Shown: positions 46,978 through 57,974, numbered from the stretch's first letter. The stretch: DNA of 64,000 nucleotides from an uncultured Gammaproteobacteria bacterium (GCA_963748215.1 CAVVHS010000007.1:320001-384000); one strand, 5' to 3'. Numbers and translations are program-made. Notes: a model not told the origin generated them from the sequence alone.

Positions 46978-49900
46978 ATGGATTTTGCCCTGGCACTCGG
47001 GATGAACAAGGCGTCGGAAACACCCGAGGCAGAACGTGAAAAGGTGCAGCTCTACATCAACCTGAAGCTGGCATCCTCCGGCCAGCCGACCTGCATTCCG
47101 CCGGAATCCGCACGCCTGTTCGGCATCACGCGGGACCTGTTGCGCAGCTACCGTGAAAAGAACCGCCTGCTGTCCAGTTACCAGTGCCCGGTCGACAGAC
47201 GCATCCAGGATTTCCTCAACCGCTACCTGGCAGAGACCGGCACGGAGCAGGCACCCATGCTGCCAACCCAGACCTTTGTGCTCGACCGGCACGGCGTGGC
47301 GCGTGAGCTGTCGCTGCCGATGGGCAGGAACGAGTTTCATTCCGACATCGTGTCCAGCTATCGCGTGGAGCAGGGCGTGCTGCACAACCCGGCCAGTGAC
47401 CGGCGCACCACCAAGGGCTCGTTTCATATCGCCGAGGGCGGCCTGCCGATCCCCGGCGACAAGAAGGCGGTACCGAAGCAGACGTTTGCTCGCATGCTGG
47501 AGCGGGCGCTGGTGCCGACCGATGAGCTGCTGACCATCCCGTTCACCGCCGGGCTGGCCGTGCCGGCGCGCATGTTCGTCTCGCTGCTGCTCAGGCCGAC
47601 GGTGTGCCCCGAGGTGCCGGGCATGCAGCCGGAGAAGACCATGGAAGTGCGTTTCTTCGCGCCAGGCAACCTGGTCAGCAACCTGGACTTTGTGGAAAGC
47701 ATTTTCGGCAACGGCGGGAATCCGCAGCTGGCTGAAATCGATGCGGCACTCGATGTCGATCACTGGACCGGCACCACCGGTTGCGTGATCCTGGCGCCGC
47801 ACCTGGTCGGCATGACCAAGCGCGAGGCAGGGCTGCCTCAATGGAGTCAGGCCACGTCAGGCCAGAAGCGGGACGGCATGTGCTGGAAAGACGAAACAGA
47901 GCTCTACAACGACGGCGAGGCCTTCAAACTGACCGCACGCGACGCCTCCGGTGTGGTGGTGACCCTGCTGGCGGACAACTACTTCGGCTACTGCAAGAAG
48001 GAAGTGAAGACGCAGATCGGCTTTTCGGCCAACCTGATCGGGCTTGCCGAGGAGGAGCATGCCGGCGGGGCGCTGGCATTTGCGCGCCGCAATCACGGCG
48101 AGGAGTTTGGTGTCGACAGCCGCACCTACACTATCCCGGGTTATTCCTTCGACGACATGGTCGAACGCTATGGCGCGATGATGGACGTGCAGCCTGAAGG
48201 TTATGCCGTGGATCGCAATTATCCGCAAATCATCTACCTGCCGCAGAAACTGCGTATGGACCTTAACGCGCAGACCATCAGCTGGGAACACGACGGTGAG
48301 TTGCAGACCATCCGCCTGCAACCGGAAAGAATCTACATGCAACCGAACGGCTATCGCGTCGAGATGGAAAAGCACCCGGGCGCCCCGTCCTGGCGCCTGG
48401 TGGGTACGAGCGCGGATGGCACCTTCTGTCACAAGCCCAGCACGGTATCCGGCGGCGGCAAGTCCGAGATTTCCAAGTCGCTGAACGACGCGGTGATCTA
48501 CCGTCCCCTGTTTATCGATGATCTCGACAAGGACCTCGCGCAGGTACAGGAAATCTTCTCGCGCGACTATACGTCGCGCTTCAAGCCGGGTTTCGAAGGC
48601 GAGGACCGCGATGCCACGCGCAAGCCGCTCAGTCCCGAACGCAGCCTCGGGTCGGTGATCAAGTTGCTGACGCCGACTTCCCTGTACACCGACGACTACA
48701 ACGCCTGGCTGGCCTCGATCTCGCCGCGAATACTGGCGCTGGTTTACCTGATCAAGCGCTTCTACCGTACCGAATGGGGCGATAACTGGCGCAGCCACCT
48801 GTCGGTCGACGAGGTCGATGGCGCGCCGGCGCATGAGCTGAAACTCGATGACCGGAACATCATCGCATCCTACCTGCGCGTCGGCTTCGACAAGGGCGGC
48901 AAGTGGCGCACCTTCAAGCTGCGTCAGGACTACATCGCCACAGAGAAGGTACAGATGGAGGACGATATCTCCGCGTCCGTGGTGGTGCCGGCGAAGTGCA
49001 TCGAGGGCTGCGGTCCGCAAACGCGCGGCGATCACAGCGTCAAGCTGGTCAAGAACTGCGAATACCGCCTGTTCCAGCGTCCGGACGATGCCATCCATCC
49101 CGGTTTCGACAAGCAGACCGAGCTGGAGATGTCGCAGCCCGGCAACTTCATGGCCAATTACCAGCCACTGGGCAGGGATCACCTCGCCAACCTCGTGGAA
49201 GACGTGCACATCTTCTACAAGTACAGTGCGCCCATGCAGGGGTTGTTGCGCACGGCCTATGAAAAAGGCAGCGAATTCACCGTATCATCCGCACATCCGC
49301 GCATGGTCGACGGTGCGCCATCGAAGAACCCGCGCTATCTGCAGGTGCGCCCCGACCTGGTCCGGCCGGAGCGGAAGTACCTGGCCGAGATGGGCACGCG
49401 TCTGCAGCGCAAGCTGGATGCGCAGGCGCTGATCTGTTATCCGGTCGATGCGGTGCTGGCCGGGCGGCGCAACAACCCGCCGGAACCTGGCATCCGGCCG
49501 CTCGCGGTGTACAACCCGATCCATTACCAGGAACTGCCCGAACTGTTCATGGATTTCGTCTGCAGCCTGACCGGCAAGTCGCCGTCCACGACGGGGGCCG
49601 GCTCCGAAGGCGCGCTGACCAAGGGGCCATTCAACGCGCTGCGACCGACTGCCGACCTGAACAACGCGCTGGTGTCCATGATTCTGACCGGCCATGCCGG
49701 TTTTTCCAGTTCGGCCGGTTACGTCGGGCCGTACGTGCGGGTCGATCACGACATCAGCCTGCTGATCCCCGAAATCTGGGCACGTCTGTCGCTGGAGGAG
49801 CGTGAGCCCGCCTGGCTGATCGAGAAGGGATTCCTGGAACAGCTGGAAGACTTCGATCACGGCGGCAAGCGGGTGCTGGCGAGCCGGCTCGGGTATCGCA

Positions 49901-50598
49901 TCACCCAGCGTTTCGTGCACGGGTTCCTCGGCAAGATCTTCGACAACCCGGACGCGGTGTTCACTGACGAGATACTGAAACCGGAGATCCAGGATTTCGA
50001 GGTCTATGTCGATGGCATCAACAACATTGTCGAGGCACAGCAGCGCGTGGCGCTGCAGTATCTCGAGGACGGCAGCATCGAGGATGCCTGTCCGCCGCTG
50101 CAGGCGCTGCTGCTGGTGATGGCGACAGGCAAGTACGCGGGCATGGATGCGCATCACCCGGATTTCCGCGCCATGTTCACGCGCGAAAGCCTGCTGGCAT
50201 CGGACTGGTACAAGGAACGGCTGGAGACCAAGCAGCAGCGTGACATCGCGCTGTGGCAGCGTCATACCGCCAGCCTGCAACAGTTCCTCGATCTCGAGAT
50301 CTACGCCGACGAGGCCGAGCGTCTCGCCATCCCCGAGCGATTGCAGCATGCCCGGCTCAAGCTGCAGGCGGTGGAGAGTCCGGAATACCTGCAGAAACTG
50401 GTCGGCACCCTGGGCGCCGATCCGCTCGGACCGGCCCGGGTCATGCAGGAACAGCGCATCGTAGACTGGGGCAGGGCCAGGCTCTCACCGAGTTTCAGCA
50501 GCAATACCGGCCAGGAACCACAGGCAGCCGCGACCTACCGGGTGCCGTCGCTGCTGGAACGCTTAACCTCGCGCTTCAAGCGGGCACGCGCCAACTAG
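46978..50598 (+). CDS. Pyrophosphate-dependent phosphoenolpyruvate carboxykinase (PPi-PEPCK)
   Basis: ~1200 aa; HNPASDRRTTKG, LDFVESIFGNGG, DNYFGYCKKEVKTQI, HKPSTVSGGGKSEISKS, GKSPSTTGAGSEGALTKGPF; GGAGGAG SD. Confidence 0.85.
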   Translation: MDFALALGMNKASETPEAEREKVQLYINLKLASSGQPTCIPPESARLFGITRDLLRSYREKNRLLSSYQCPVDRRIQDFLNRYLAETGTEQAPMLPTQTFVLDRHGVARELSLPMGRNEFHSDIVSSYRVEQGVLHNPASDRRTTKGSFHIAEGGLPIPGDKKAVPKQTFARMLERALVPTDELLTIPFTAGLAVPARMFVSLLLRPTVCPEVPGMQPEKTMEVRFFAPGNLVSNLDFVESIFGNGGNPQLAEIDAALDVDHWTGTTGCVILAPHLVGMTKREAGLPQWSQATSGQKRDGMCWKDETELYNDGEAFKLTARDASGVVVTLLADNYFGYCKKEVKTQIGFSANLIGLAEEEHAGGALAFARRNHGEEFGVDSRTYTIPGYSFDDMVERYGAMMDVQPEGYAVDRNYPQIIYLPQKLRMDLNAQTISWEHDGELQTIRLQPERIYMQPNGYRVEMEKHPGAPSWRLVGTSADGTFCHKPSTVSGGGKSEISKSLNDAVIYRPLFIDDLDKDLAQVQEIFSRDYTSRFKPGFEGEDRDATRKPLSPERSLGSVIKLLTPTSLYTDDYNAWLASISPRILALVYLIKRFYRTEWGDNWRSHLSVDEVDGAPAHELKLDDRNIIASYLRVGFDKGGKWRTFKLRQDYIATEKVQMEDDISASVVVPAKCIEGCGPQTRGDHSVKLVKNCEYRLFQRPDDAIHPGFDKQTELEMSQPGNFMANYQPLGRDHLANLVEDVHIFYKYSAPMQGLLRTAYEKGSEFTVSSAHPRMVDGAPSKNPRYLQVRPDLVRPERKYLAEMGTRLQRKLDAQALICYPVDAVLAGRRNNPPEPGIRPLAVYNPIHYQELPELFMDFVCSLTGKSPSTTGAGSEGALTKGPFNALRPTADLNNALVSMILTGHAGFSSSAGYVGPYVRVDHDISLLIPEIWARLSLEEREPAWLIEKGFLEQLEDFDHGGKRVLASRLGYRITQRFVHGFLGKIFDNPDAVFTDEILKPEIQDFEVYVDGINNIVEAQQRVALQYLEDGSIEDACPPLQALLLVMATGKYAGMDAHHPDFRAMFTRESLLASDWYKERLETKQQRDIALWQRHTASLQQFLDLEIYADEAERLAIPERLQHARLKLQAVESPEYLQKLVGTLGADPLGPARVMQEQRIVDWGRARLSPSFSSNTGQEPQAAATYRVPSLLERLTSRFKRARAN

Positions 50599-50617
50599 AC
50601 GCTCCGGTCAAGTCGCG

Positions 50618-50803
50618 ATGGCGGACGTCATACGCTTCAGGAAACCGACAGCGGCCGACAAGGCGAAGGGCAACACGCTGTGCCGGCGTGGTTTCCACAA
50701 GTGGGTACTGGTGAACGAAAACCCGTTCGACAGCAAGCAGGGCAGGCTGGTGACCGGCTACCGCTGCAGCCGCTGCGGTGTCCTGAAGACGACGGTCCGC
50801 TGA
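50618..50803 (+). CDS. Small putative Zn-binding protein
   Basis: LC..GFHKW...YRC.RCG (C/H/C/C ligands). Confidence 0.7.
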   Translation: MADVIRFRKPTAADKAKGNTLCRRGFHKWVLVNENPFDSKQGRLVTGYRCSRCGVLKTTVR

Positions 50804-50809
50804 CGTTAC

Positions 50810-51229
50810 ATGCTGGTCATTTCACGCAATGTCTCGATCCCGGAACATGAAATCGAACTGACGGCGATCCGCGCACAGGGCGCCGGCGGGCAGAATGTCA
50901 ACAAGGTCGCGTCCGCGATTCACCTGCGGTTCGATATCAAGGCCTCCTCGTTGCCGGATTTCTACAAGCATCGTCTGCTGCAATTGAGCGACCGGCGCAT
51001 CACCGCCGACGGCCAGATCATCATCAAGGCGCAGCGCTTCCGCACCCAGGAGCAGAATCGTGCCGATGCCCTGGCACGCCTGCAGGAACTGGTCAAGGAT
51101 GCCGGGGTCATGCAGCGCCGGCGCGTGCCGACACGGGCGACCAACGCCTCGAAACAGCGCAGGCTTGATACCAAGACGCGGCGTGGCCGCGACAAGCAGA
51201 TGCGCGGCAAGGTGAAAGCGGATGACTGA
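50810..51229 (+). CDS. arfB: Alternative ribosome-rescue factor B
   Basis: GAGGQNVNK, RTQEQNR, basic C-terminal tail. Confidence 0.95.
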   Translation: MLVISRNVSIPEHEIELTAIRAQGAGGQNVNKVASAIHLRFDIKASSLPDFYKHRLLQLSDRRITADGQIIIKAQRFRTQEQNRADALARLQELVKDAGVMQRRRVPTRATNASKQRRLDTKTRRGRDKQMRGKVKADD

Positions 51230-51249
51230 TGGTGTGTCGTGGTGAAAAT

Positions 51250-51955
51250 CCATAGCCACGGAATCACACGGAAATACACGGAAAGATAAAAAACCTACCC
51301 TCATTCAGGTACGCAACGCGCCGGGACCTGCGAGGAAACGGGGACAGTCCCCGTTTTCCATGCGTGAAACGTAAGACGTAGAGGCGTGAGGCGTGAGACG
51401 TGAAAGGTCAAAGATCAATAATGGCCACGGAATCCACGGAAGAACACGGAAAAATATAAAACCCACCCCCTTCAGGCACACAACGCGCCGGGACCTGTAG
51501 GAGCGGATCCCATCCGCGATCTTGTTGAACACCTCATCGCCCATGAGAGGTGCTCCTGCCACAAGCTGTCCTGTAATGAAACAGGGGAGGTTCAGGCCCC
51601 GTTTTTCATAAGTACTGGCCGCGGAATCCACGGAACAATGAAGAATGAATTTCGTTGATAATGGGATGGGTTCATACCATCAGCAGTGAATGAATTTGTT
51701 TTTTTTCCGTGTCGTTCCGTGTGCTTCCGTGGCCATTATCTTCTGGAAATAGCCACGGTACCCACTGCTGTCCCACGAACGCCCTCTCCCACAGGGAGAG
51801 GTTGCTCTGTTTGTTTTAATGAATTTTTCCGTGTTCTTCCGTGGATTCCGTGGCCATCACTTTCTAAAAATAGCCACGGAACCCACGGTATTCACGGAAC
51901 TATAAATATTGAATATGTTTTTCGAGCCATGTCGTGTGCTTCCGTGGCTATTCGC
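51250..51955. repeat. Mosaic repeat cluster between convergent arfB and greB
   Basis: CACGGAA units in both orientations, palindrome 51336-51356, heptamer run ~51364-51410, REP 51497-51520, 27-bp direct repeat 51304/51471. Confidence 0.85.
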
Positions 51956-52046
51956 TTGCATGCGATCGGGGTGTGCAGGAGCCGGTGCGGGTCGAGCCGC
52001 GGCGATTGCGAATACGACGCATAACAGGACTGCAAGGGGTGTGGGC

Positions 52047-52547
52047 TCAGATCGTCGGGTAGCTGATCTCGACGATCACGTAGCTGGCGCTGCCGCCCGG
52101 CGTGGCCACCTGCACCGCTTCGTCCAGGCCCTTGCCGAGCAGGGCGCGCGCCATGGGCGAGTCGATGCTGATCCAGCCCTGTGCGGGGTCGAACTCGTCC
52201 GCGCCAACGATGCGGTAGCTGACCAGCTTGCCCGTGTCGTTTTCCAGCGTCACATTGACACCGAAAAACACCCGCGTGCAGTCGGACGGCGGGTCGCGCA
52301 CAACCTTCAGTACGGGCAGGCGTTTTTGCAGGTAGCGAATGCGCCGGTCGATTTCGCGCAGTTCCTTTTTGCGGTAGATATACTCGGCGTTTTCCGAGCG
52401 GTCGCCCTCGGCGGCGGCAGCTGTCAGCGCGCGTGTGACATCGGCGCGCCGTTTCCACAGCGCCTGCAGTTCGCTGGCGAGTTTGCGCTGACCTTCCGGC
52501 GTGATGTAGGGCGATGATTTCGGTGCGGGCGGGCGATAGCGTCCCAT
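52047..52547 (-). CDS. greB: Transcription elongation factor GreB
   Basis: YITPEG, GDRSENAEYIYRKKELREIDRRIRYL, ISIDSPMARALL. Confidence 0.95.
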   Translation of the reverse strand: MGRYRPPAPKSSPYITPEGQRKLASELQALWKRRADVTRALTAAAAEGDRSENAEYIYRKKELREIDRRIRYLQKRLPVLKVVRDPPSDCTRVFFGVNVTLENDTGKLVSYRIVGADEFDPAQGWISIDSPMARALLGKGLDEAVQVATPGGSASYVIVEISYPTI

Positions 52548-52580
52548 CGGGGTGATCCTGCGATGCGGAACGTCTCGTTC

Positions 52581-52610
52581 AAAAAAGAACCCCGCGCAAG
52601 CGCGGGGTTC
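52581..52610 (-). terminator. Intrinsic terminator of the cold-shock gene
   Basis: gaaccccgcg-cttg-cgcggggttc followed by T6 on the minus strand. Confidence 0.85.
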
Positions 52611-52637
52611 CGTTACTGCTCAGGTTATGGACTTCCG

Positions 52638-52841
52638 TTATTGTCCGCTGACGTTGACTGCCTGCAGTCCCTTTGGACCCTGCTCGACATCAAAGTTTAC
52701 TGTCTGGCCTTCCGCTAGGGTCTTGAATCCGTCCCCGCTGATCGCAGAAAAATGCACGAATACATCCTCGCCGCCATCGCTGGGTGCGATGAAACCAAAA
52801 CCCTTGGACTCGTTGAACCATTTAACAGTACCTGTAGCCAT
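52638..52841 (-). CDS. Cold-shock protein (CspA family)
   Basis: [22 protein letters not shown]. Confidence 0.97.
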   Translation of the reverse strand: MATGTVKWFNESKGFGFIAPSDGGEDVFVHFSAISGDGFKTLAEGQTVNFDVEQGPKGLQAVNVSGQ

Positions 52842-53170
52842 TTAACACCTCTAAAAATATTGATTAACAGATTCCAGAATGCAGATTAAACGTGTGGACA
52901 AGCTGGAGTTACAGCAGGAACTTCCGGGATGACCTGAGAAATGTGCAATTCTGTCATAAATGCGAATCGAAAAATGGCAGGAATGATCCGTGCCCCCCTT
53001 GTCGATCACGACCTGATCATACAACAGAACAAGACGCAAATACCATACTCCTGTTCATGTTCCTGTTTCGAATCAAGGGTCGGAAAACTGACGTCGCATA
53101 TCGCGCATGAACACTGGCCAGTGCCGGAGGCTTTGCGCATAATGACACGCTTTTCACGGGGCGATTCATT

Positions 53171-54154
53171 ATGTGGTTCAGGAATCTTCAGGTATATCGT
53201 CTGGGCAAGTCGTTCGATCTCACTCCCGACATGCTCGATACCCGCATGCAGTCCGCCGCCTTCGGGGGATGCAGCCGGATGGAAATGCTCGCGCTGGGCT
53301 GGGTGCCACCGCTGGGCCGGCATGGTCAACAGCTGGTGCATGCGGCCAACGGGTACCTGATGATCTGCCTGCGCAAGGAAGAAAAGATCATGCCTGCGGG
53401 CGTGGTGCGGCAGTTGCTCGAGGACAAGGTCGCAGAGGTCGAGGCGGCCGAGGAACGCGAGATCTACCGCCGCGAACGGATGCGCATGAAGGAGGAGATC
53501 ATCGTCGATCTGCTGCCGCGCGCGCTGACCCGCATCAGCGACCTGTTCGCCTACATCGATACGCGCAACGGCCTGCTGGTAATCGACAGCCCGTCGCCCG
53601 CCAGGGCGGAATTGCTGGTCAGCCAGTTGCGTTCCACCCTGGGGCGTTTCCCCGCCACGCCGCTGCAGACCCGGCAGGCGCCGGCCAGCGTCATGACCCG
53701 GTGGCTCAACGGTGACCCCCTGCCGCACGATTTCGACACGGGCGCGGAGTGCGTGCTGAAACATCCGGACCCGGAAGGTGGTGTCGTCACCTGCAAACAT
53801 CAGGACCTGGGTGCGACAGAGGTACGCAACCACATCCGTGGCGGCAAGCAGGTGGTACGGCTGGCGATCCAGTGGCGCGAACGCCTGTCCTGCGTCATCC
53901 AGGACGACCTGTCGATCAAGCGCCTGCGTTTCGAGGATATCGTCACGGATGCGGAGGCCGGCACCGAGGCCGACGATCCGGTCAGCCGCTTCGACCTCGA
54001 CTTCTCGCTGCTGGTGCTGGAACTTGCGGAATTCCTGCCGGAACTGGTGCGGGTGCTGGGCGGCGAGGCGCTGCCGGAGGGCCTGCAGGCCGGTGCCGGC
54101 GAACAGGACCAGCCGGCGCGCCTGCCGGATGCCGCCGACGCGGAGCCCGCATGA
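53171..54154 (+). CDS. rdgC: Recombination-associated protein RdgC
   Basis: MWFRNLQVYR, GWVPP, EKIMP, LLPRA, GKQV..LA..W, IKRLRF. Confidence 0.93.
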   Translation: MWFRNLQVYRLGKSFDLTPDMLDTRMQSAAFGGCSRMEMLALGWVPPLGRHGQQLVHAANGYLMICLRKEEKIMPAGVVRQLLEDKVAEVEAAEEREIYRRERMRMKEEIIVDLLPRALTRISDLFAYIDTRNGLLVIDSPSPARAELLVSQLRSTLGRFPATPLQTRQAPASVMTRWLNGDPLPHDFDTGAECVLKHPDPEGGVVTCKHQDLGATEVRNHIRGGKQVVRLAIQWRERLSCVIQDDLSIKRLRFEDIVTDAEAGTEADDPVSRFDLDFSLLVLELAEFLPELVRVLGGEALPEGLQAGAGEQDQPARLPDAADAEPA

Positions 54155-54161
54155 CCGGACG

Positions 54162-54587
54162 GTGACAGACCTCCACCCCCAACTGCAGGCGGACTGCCTG
54201 GTCATCGGGCGCTTCCCGCTCTGCCACCTGCTGTTGATGCAGGACGCCAGCTACCCCTGGTTCATCCTGGTGCCGGACCGTGACGGGGTGCAGGAAATCC
54301 ATCAACTCGCAACGGCCGACCAGCGTCAGCTCATGGACGAATCCGTGCTGCTGTCGCGCGCACTGGCAGCGGCGTTCGCGCCGGACAAACTGAACATCGC
54401 GACACTGGGCAATATCGTGCCGCAATTACATGTGCACCATGTGGTGCGTTACCGCACCGATGCCGCCTGGCCGGCACCGGTGTGGGGCAGGGCGCCCGCC
54501 AGGCCCTATGACAGGCCCGGGCTGGAAGCCGTGCTGGCACAGCTCAGGCCGGCATTGCCCGCGGAGTTCGACTGGCAGCTGCGCTGA
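54162..54587 (+). CDS. HIT-family protein
   Basis: LHPQL..D, YPWFILVP, KLNIATLGNIVPQLHVHHV; GTG start. Confidence 0.9.
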   Translation: MTDLHPQLQADCLVIGRFPLCHLLLMQDASYPWFILVPDRDGVQEIHQLATADQRQLMDESVLLSRALAAAFAPDKLNIATLGNIVPQLHVHHVVRYRTDAAWPAPVWGRAPARPYDRPGLEAVLAQLRPALPAEFDWQLR

Positions 54588-54615
54588 AGGCAGGTTTGCC
54601 TGGCTGGCTGCGGAC

Positions 54616-54648
54616 AAAAAAATACCCGCGCAAGGTGCTACGGGTATT
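54616..54648 (-). terminator. Intrinsic terminator (possibly bidirectional) between convergent genes
   Basis: aatacccg...cgggtatt stem with adjacent A-tract. Confidence 0.6.
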
Positions 54649-54716
54649 CATAATGCGTTTTATCTTGTTTGTTTTGCCGCGGCATATGCCTCGGTTTGGA
54701 ACTTGCTATTGTGCCA

Positions 54717-54941
54717 CTAACCCACGCGTTCGGCACACAATTGCTGGCCGGTCATCTGGGCGAGGATCTCGAACGAGGACGTGGAGTCGGTATCGTAGGA
54801 GACCAGCATCAGGTGCGGGCGTTTGTCATTGAAGTGGGCGTGGACGACCCCCTTGTTCCCCGTCAGTGCCTTTTCGATGTTGCGCCGGCTGTCTACCCCC
54901 AGGGTGTTGTCGATGTGCATGACCATGTCTGTTATGTGCAT
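54717..54941 (-). CDS. Small HMA-like fold protein lacking CxxC
   Basis: AAGGAGGAG SD; IEKAL....GV..A.F.....HLM.VSYD pattern. Confidence 0.75.
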   Translation of the reverse strand: MHITDMVMHIDNTLGVDSRRNIEKALTGNKGVVHAHFNDKRPHLMLVSYDTDSTSSFEILAQMTGQQLCAERVG

Positions 54942-55279
54942 GAATTACTCCTCCTTAAATTAAACGAACAAGGACCAGCTACGTTCATCGGGTGGCTGCA
55001 TTTTTGTGGCTTCCCTGTCTTCCAGCGTCCGAGGTATGCACGGTAATGAAAAACCCTTTAGTTGTCAATGTAATTAAATCATAAGTTAATGTATTACAAG
55101 GTATTAATGTATTAATCCATATTATATCTATGGTATTGTTTTACCTTACTAAATTTATGTTTATTGTGTCGGCAGGGTACAGGCGGGGGTGCGCCATGCT
55201 GTTGTGCACGAAAAATTTTTCGCGCGAATGGCGTCACACCGGCTTGCGACGGTGTGACGTCGCGCTGCTGGTGCTGCGA

Positions 55280-57094
55280 TCAGGCGCTGCGCGCGGCGCG
55301 CTTGCGTTCGTGTTCGAGCAGGTGTTTCTTGCGTAGCCGTATGTGGTGCGGTGTGACCTCGACGAGTTCATCATCGTCGATGAACTCCAGTGCCTGTTCC
55401 AGGCTCATGCGGATCGGCGGCGTGAGCAGGATGTTCTCGTCTGTTCCGGCGGCGCGGATATTGGTCAGCTGTTTGCCCTTCAAGGGGTTCACCACCAGGT
55501 CGTTGCCGCGCGAATGGATGCCGATGATGGAGCCTTCGTACACCGATTCACCGTGCCCGATGAACAGGCGGCCGCGTTCCTGCAGGTTGAACAGCGCATA
55601 ACCCAGCGCCTTGCCGCTGCCGTTCGCAATCAGTACGCCGTTGATGCGCTGTCCGTACTGGCCGGGCTTCATCGGTCCGTAGTGCGAGAACACGCTGTAG
55701 ATCAGGCCGGTGCCCTGTGTGCTGGTGAGGAACTCGGTGCGGAAACCGATCAGCCCGCGCGCGGGCATGATGTAGTCCAGGCGCACGCGGCCCTTGCCGT
55801 CCGGCATCATGTCGGTCAGTTCGCCGCCGCGCTCGCCGAGCTTTTCCATCACGGTGCCCTGATGGATATCTTCCACGTCGACAGTCACCTGCTCGTAGGG
55901 TTCGTGTGTCTCGCCGTCGATCTCGCGCAGGATGACCTCCGGGCGTGACACGCCCAGTTCGAAGCCTTCGCGGCGCATGGTCTCGATGAGGATCGCCAGG
56001 TGCAGCTCGCCGCGCCCGGATACCCGGAACTTGTCCGGGTCACCGGTTTCGTCGACGCGCAGCGCGACGTTATGCAGCAGTTCACGCTGCAGGCGCTCGT
56101 GAATGTTGCGCGAGGTGACGTACTTGCCGTCCTTGCCGGCAAACGGCGAGTTGTTCACCTGGAAGGTCATGCTGACCGTGGGCTCGTCGACAGTCAGCGC
56201 CGGCAGGGCCTCGACCTGTGCCGGATCGCAGAGTGTGTCGGAGATGTTCAGCTTGTCGATGCCGGTAAAGGCGATGATGTCACCGGCCTGCGCCTCGGGG
56301 ACCTCGATGCGTTCCAGGCCCAGGAAACCGAATACCTGCCCGACACGCCCGTTGCGCGTCTTGCCCTTGCGGTCGATGAGCGTGATCGGCATGTTGGTGC
56401 GGATCTTGCCACGACTGATACGGCCGATGCCGATGACGCCGACGTAACTGCTGTAATCGAGCGTGATCACCTGCAGCTGCAGCGGACCGTCGGGATCGAC
56501 CTGCGGTGGCTGCACCTTGTCGACGATGGTCTCGAACAGCGGGGTCATGTCGGCGGCCGGATTGTCGTGCTCGTAGCCGGCATAACCCTGCAACGCGGAG
56601 GCGTAGATGACGGGAAAATCCAGCTGCTCGTTGGTGGCGCCGAGCCGGTCGAACAGGTCGAAGGTCTGGTCCAGCACCCAGTCCGGTCGTGCACCGGGTC
56701 GGTCGATCTTGTTGATGACCACGATCGGGCGCAGCCCCAGGTTGAATGCCTTCTGGGTCACGAAACGGGTCTGCGGCATCGGGCCGTCCACGGCGTCGAC
56801 CAGCAGCAGTACCGAGTCGACCATGGACAGCACGCGCTCCACCTCGCCGCCGAAGTCGGCGTGGCCGGGGGTGTCGACGATGTTGATGCGGTAGTCACCC
56901 CAGCGGATGGCGGTGTTCTTCGACAGGATGGTGATGCCGCGTTCCTTCTCCAGGTCGCTGGAATCCATGATGCGCTCGGGCACCGCCGCGCGCTCGCCGA
57001 GCGTGCCGGACTGACTGAGCAGCTGGTCGACCAGGGTGGTCTTGCCATGATCGACGTGCGCGATAATGGCGATATTTCTGAGTTTGCTGATCAT
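55280..57094 (-). CDS. typA: Translational GTPase TypA/BipA
   Basis: [45 protein letters not shown]. Confidence 0.98.
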   Translation of the reverse strand: MISKLRNIAIIAHVDHGKTTLVDQLLSQSGTLGERAAVPERIMDSSDLEKERGITILSKNTAIRWGDYRINIVDTPGHADFGGEVERVLSMVDSVLLLVDAVDGPMPQTRFVTQKAFNLGLRPIVVINKIDRPGARPDWVLDQTFDLFDRLGATNEQLDFPVIYASALQGYAGYEHDNPAADMTPLFETIVDKVQPPQVDPDGPLQLQVITLDYSSYVGVIGIGRISRGKIRTNMPITLIDRKGKTRNGRVGQVFGFLGLERIEVPEAQAGDIIAFTGIDKLNISDTLCDPAQVEALPALTVDEPTVSMTFQVNNSPFAGKDGKYVTSRNIHERLQRELLHNVALRVDETGDPDKFRVSGRGELHLAILIETMRREGFELGVSRPEVILREIDGETHEPYEQVTVDVEDIHQGTVMEKLGERGGELTDMMPDGKGRVRLDYIMPARGLIGFRTEFLTSTQGTGLIYSVFSHYGPMKPGQYGQRINGVLIANGSGKALGYALFNLQERGRLFIGHGESVYEGSIIGIHSRGNDLVVNPLKGKQLTNIRAAGTDENILLTPPIRMSLEQALEFIDDDELVEVTPHHIRLRKKHLLEHERKRAARSA

Positions 57095-57583
57095 GGGAAT
57101 TTGGGCCCGGACGCGGGCGGATGTGGTTTTAAGGGCGCAGATTATACAGGAGAAGCGAGTGGCCGCGTACAGCATTTGTTCCTCTCGCACCCGGCGTGCC
57201 GTTGCCCTGTGCCACTCAGGCGCGTACCAGTCGCTGCGAGGTGATCTCCGCGGGCACCCCGCGCCGTGACGGCGGGGCCCCCGGTAAGCCGTCGCCGGCG
57301 CTGACGTACAGCCACATGCGCCGCTCGACGCGGCGCAGGCCGGGCCCATGGCTAAAGAACACCAGGGTACCGCGAACAGCGACAGGCCAGGAATGATCCG
57401 GCCTGTGCGTTGCACCAGCGGCCGGCCGGCGTGCGCAACAGCCGATGCGCCAGGTAGCGATAGCCACGTCCCGGACCGCGAGAAAAAACAGGAAGAACAC
57501 AAGCGGCTATAAGGATATTATGGGCGGAAGGTATATGCTGACCGGCAGATTACGCATTCCCGGTCGGCAACAGGGGAATTCCT

Positions 57584-57952
57584 ATGAAAATCATGCTGGT
57601 CGTCGCGCATGGCAGCCGCCGTGCGGAATCCAATGACGAGGTGCGTGCGCTGGCACAGCAGCTCAACGGGCAGGCCCGGGAGTTCGATGTCGTCAGCTGC
57701 GCCTTCCTGGAACTGGCGGAGCCTTCCATTCCCGATGGTCTGCGCGAGGCTATCGCGGCTGGTGCGCGGGAAGTGGTCGTGGTGCCGTATTTCCTGTCGG
57801 CCGGGCGGCACGTGGTGACGGATATTCCGGGCGAGGTGGAAGTGGTGCGCGCCGAGTATCCGGATATCACCATCACCCTGGCACCCTACCTGGGCGCGGC
57901 GCCGGAGCTTGCCGACCTGCTGCTGAAGCAGGCGCAGCCGGACCGCGGTTAG
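57584..57952 (+). CDS. Short CbiX/SirB-type sirohydrochlorin chelatase domain protein
   Basis: AHGSR, AFLELAEPSI, VPYFLSAGRHV..DIP. Confidence 0.88.
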   Translation: MKIMLVVAHGSRRAESNDEVRALAQQLNGQAREFDVVSCAFLELAEPSIPDGLREAIAAGAREVVVVPYFLSAGRHVVTDIPGEVEVVRAEYPDITITLAPYLGAAPELADLLLKQAQPDRG

Positions 57953-57974
57953 CCCGCATTTCTCACCGGGCGGC
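57949..57974. mobile_element. Solo left end of MITE family A
   Basis: ttagcccgcatttctcaccgggcggc overlaps the cbiX TAG stop; no partner TIR seen. Confidence 0.75.

Noticed and set aside
57216-57500. 94-aa minus-strand ORF upstream of typA, and the 136-aa N-terminal extension of TypA in the ORF track
   Set aside because: No SD or recognisable motif; TypA homology starts at ATG 57094; a decayed gene cannot be excluded
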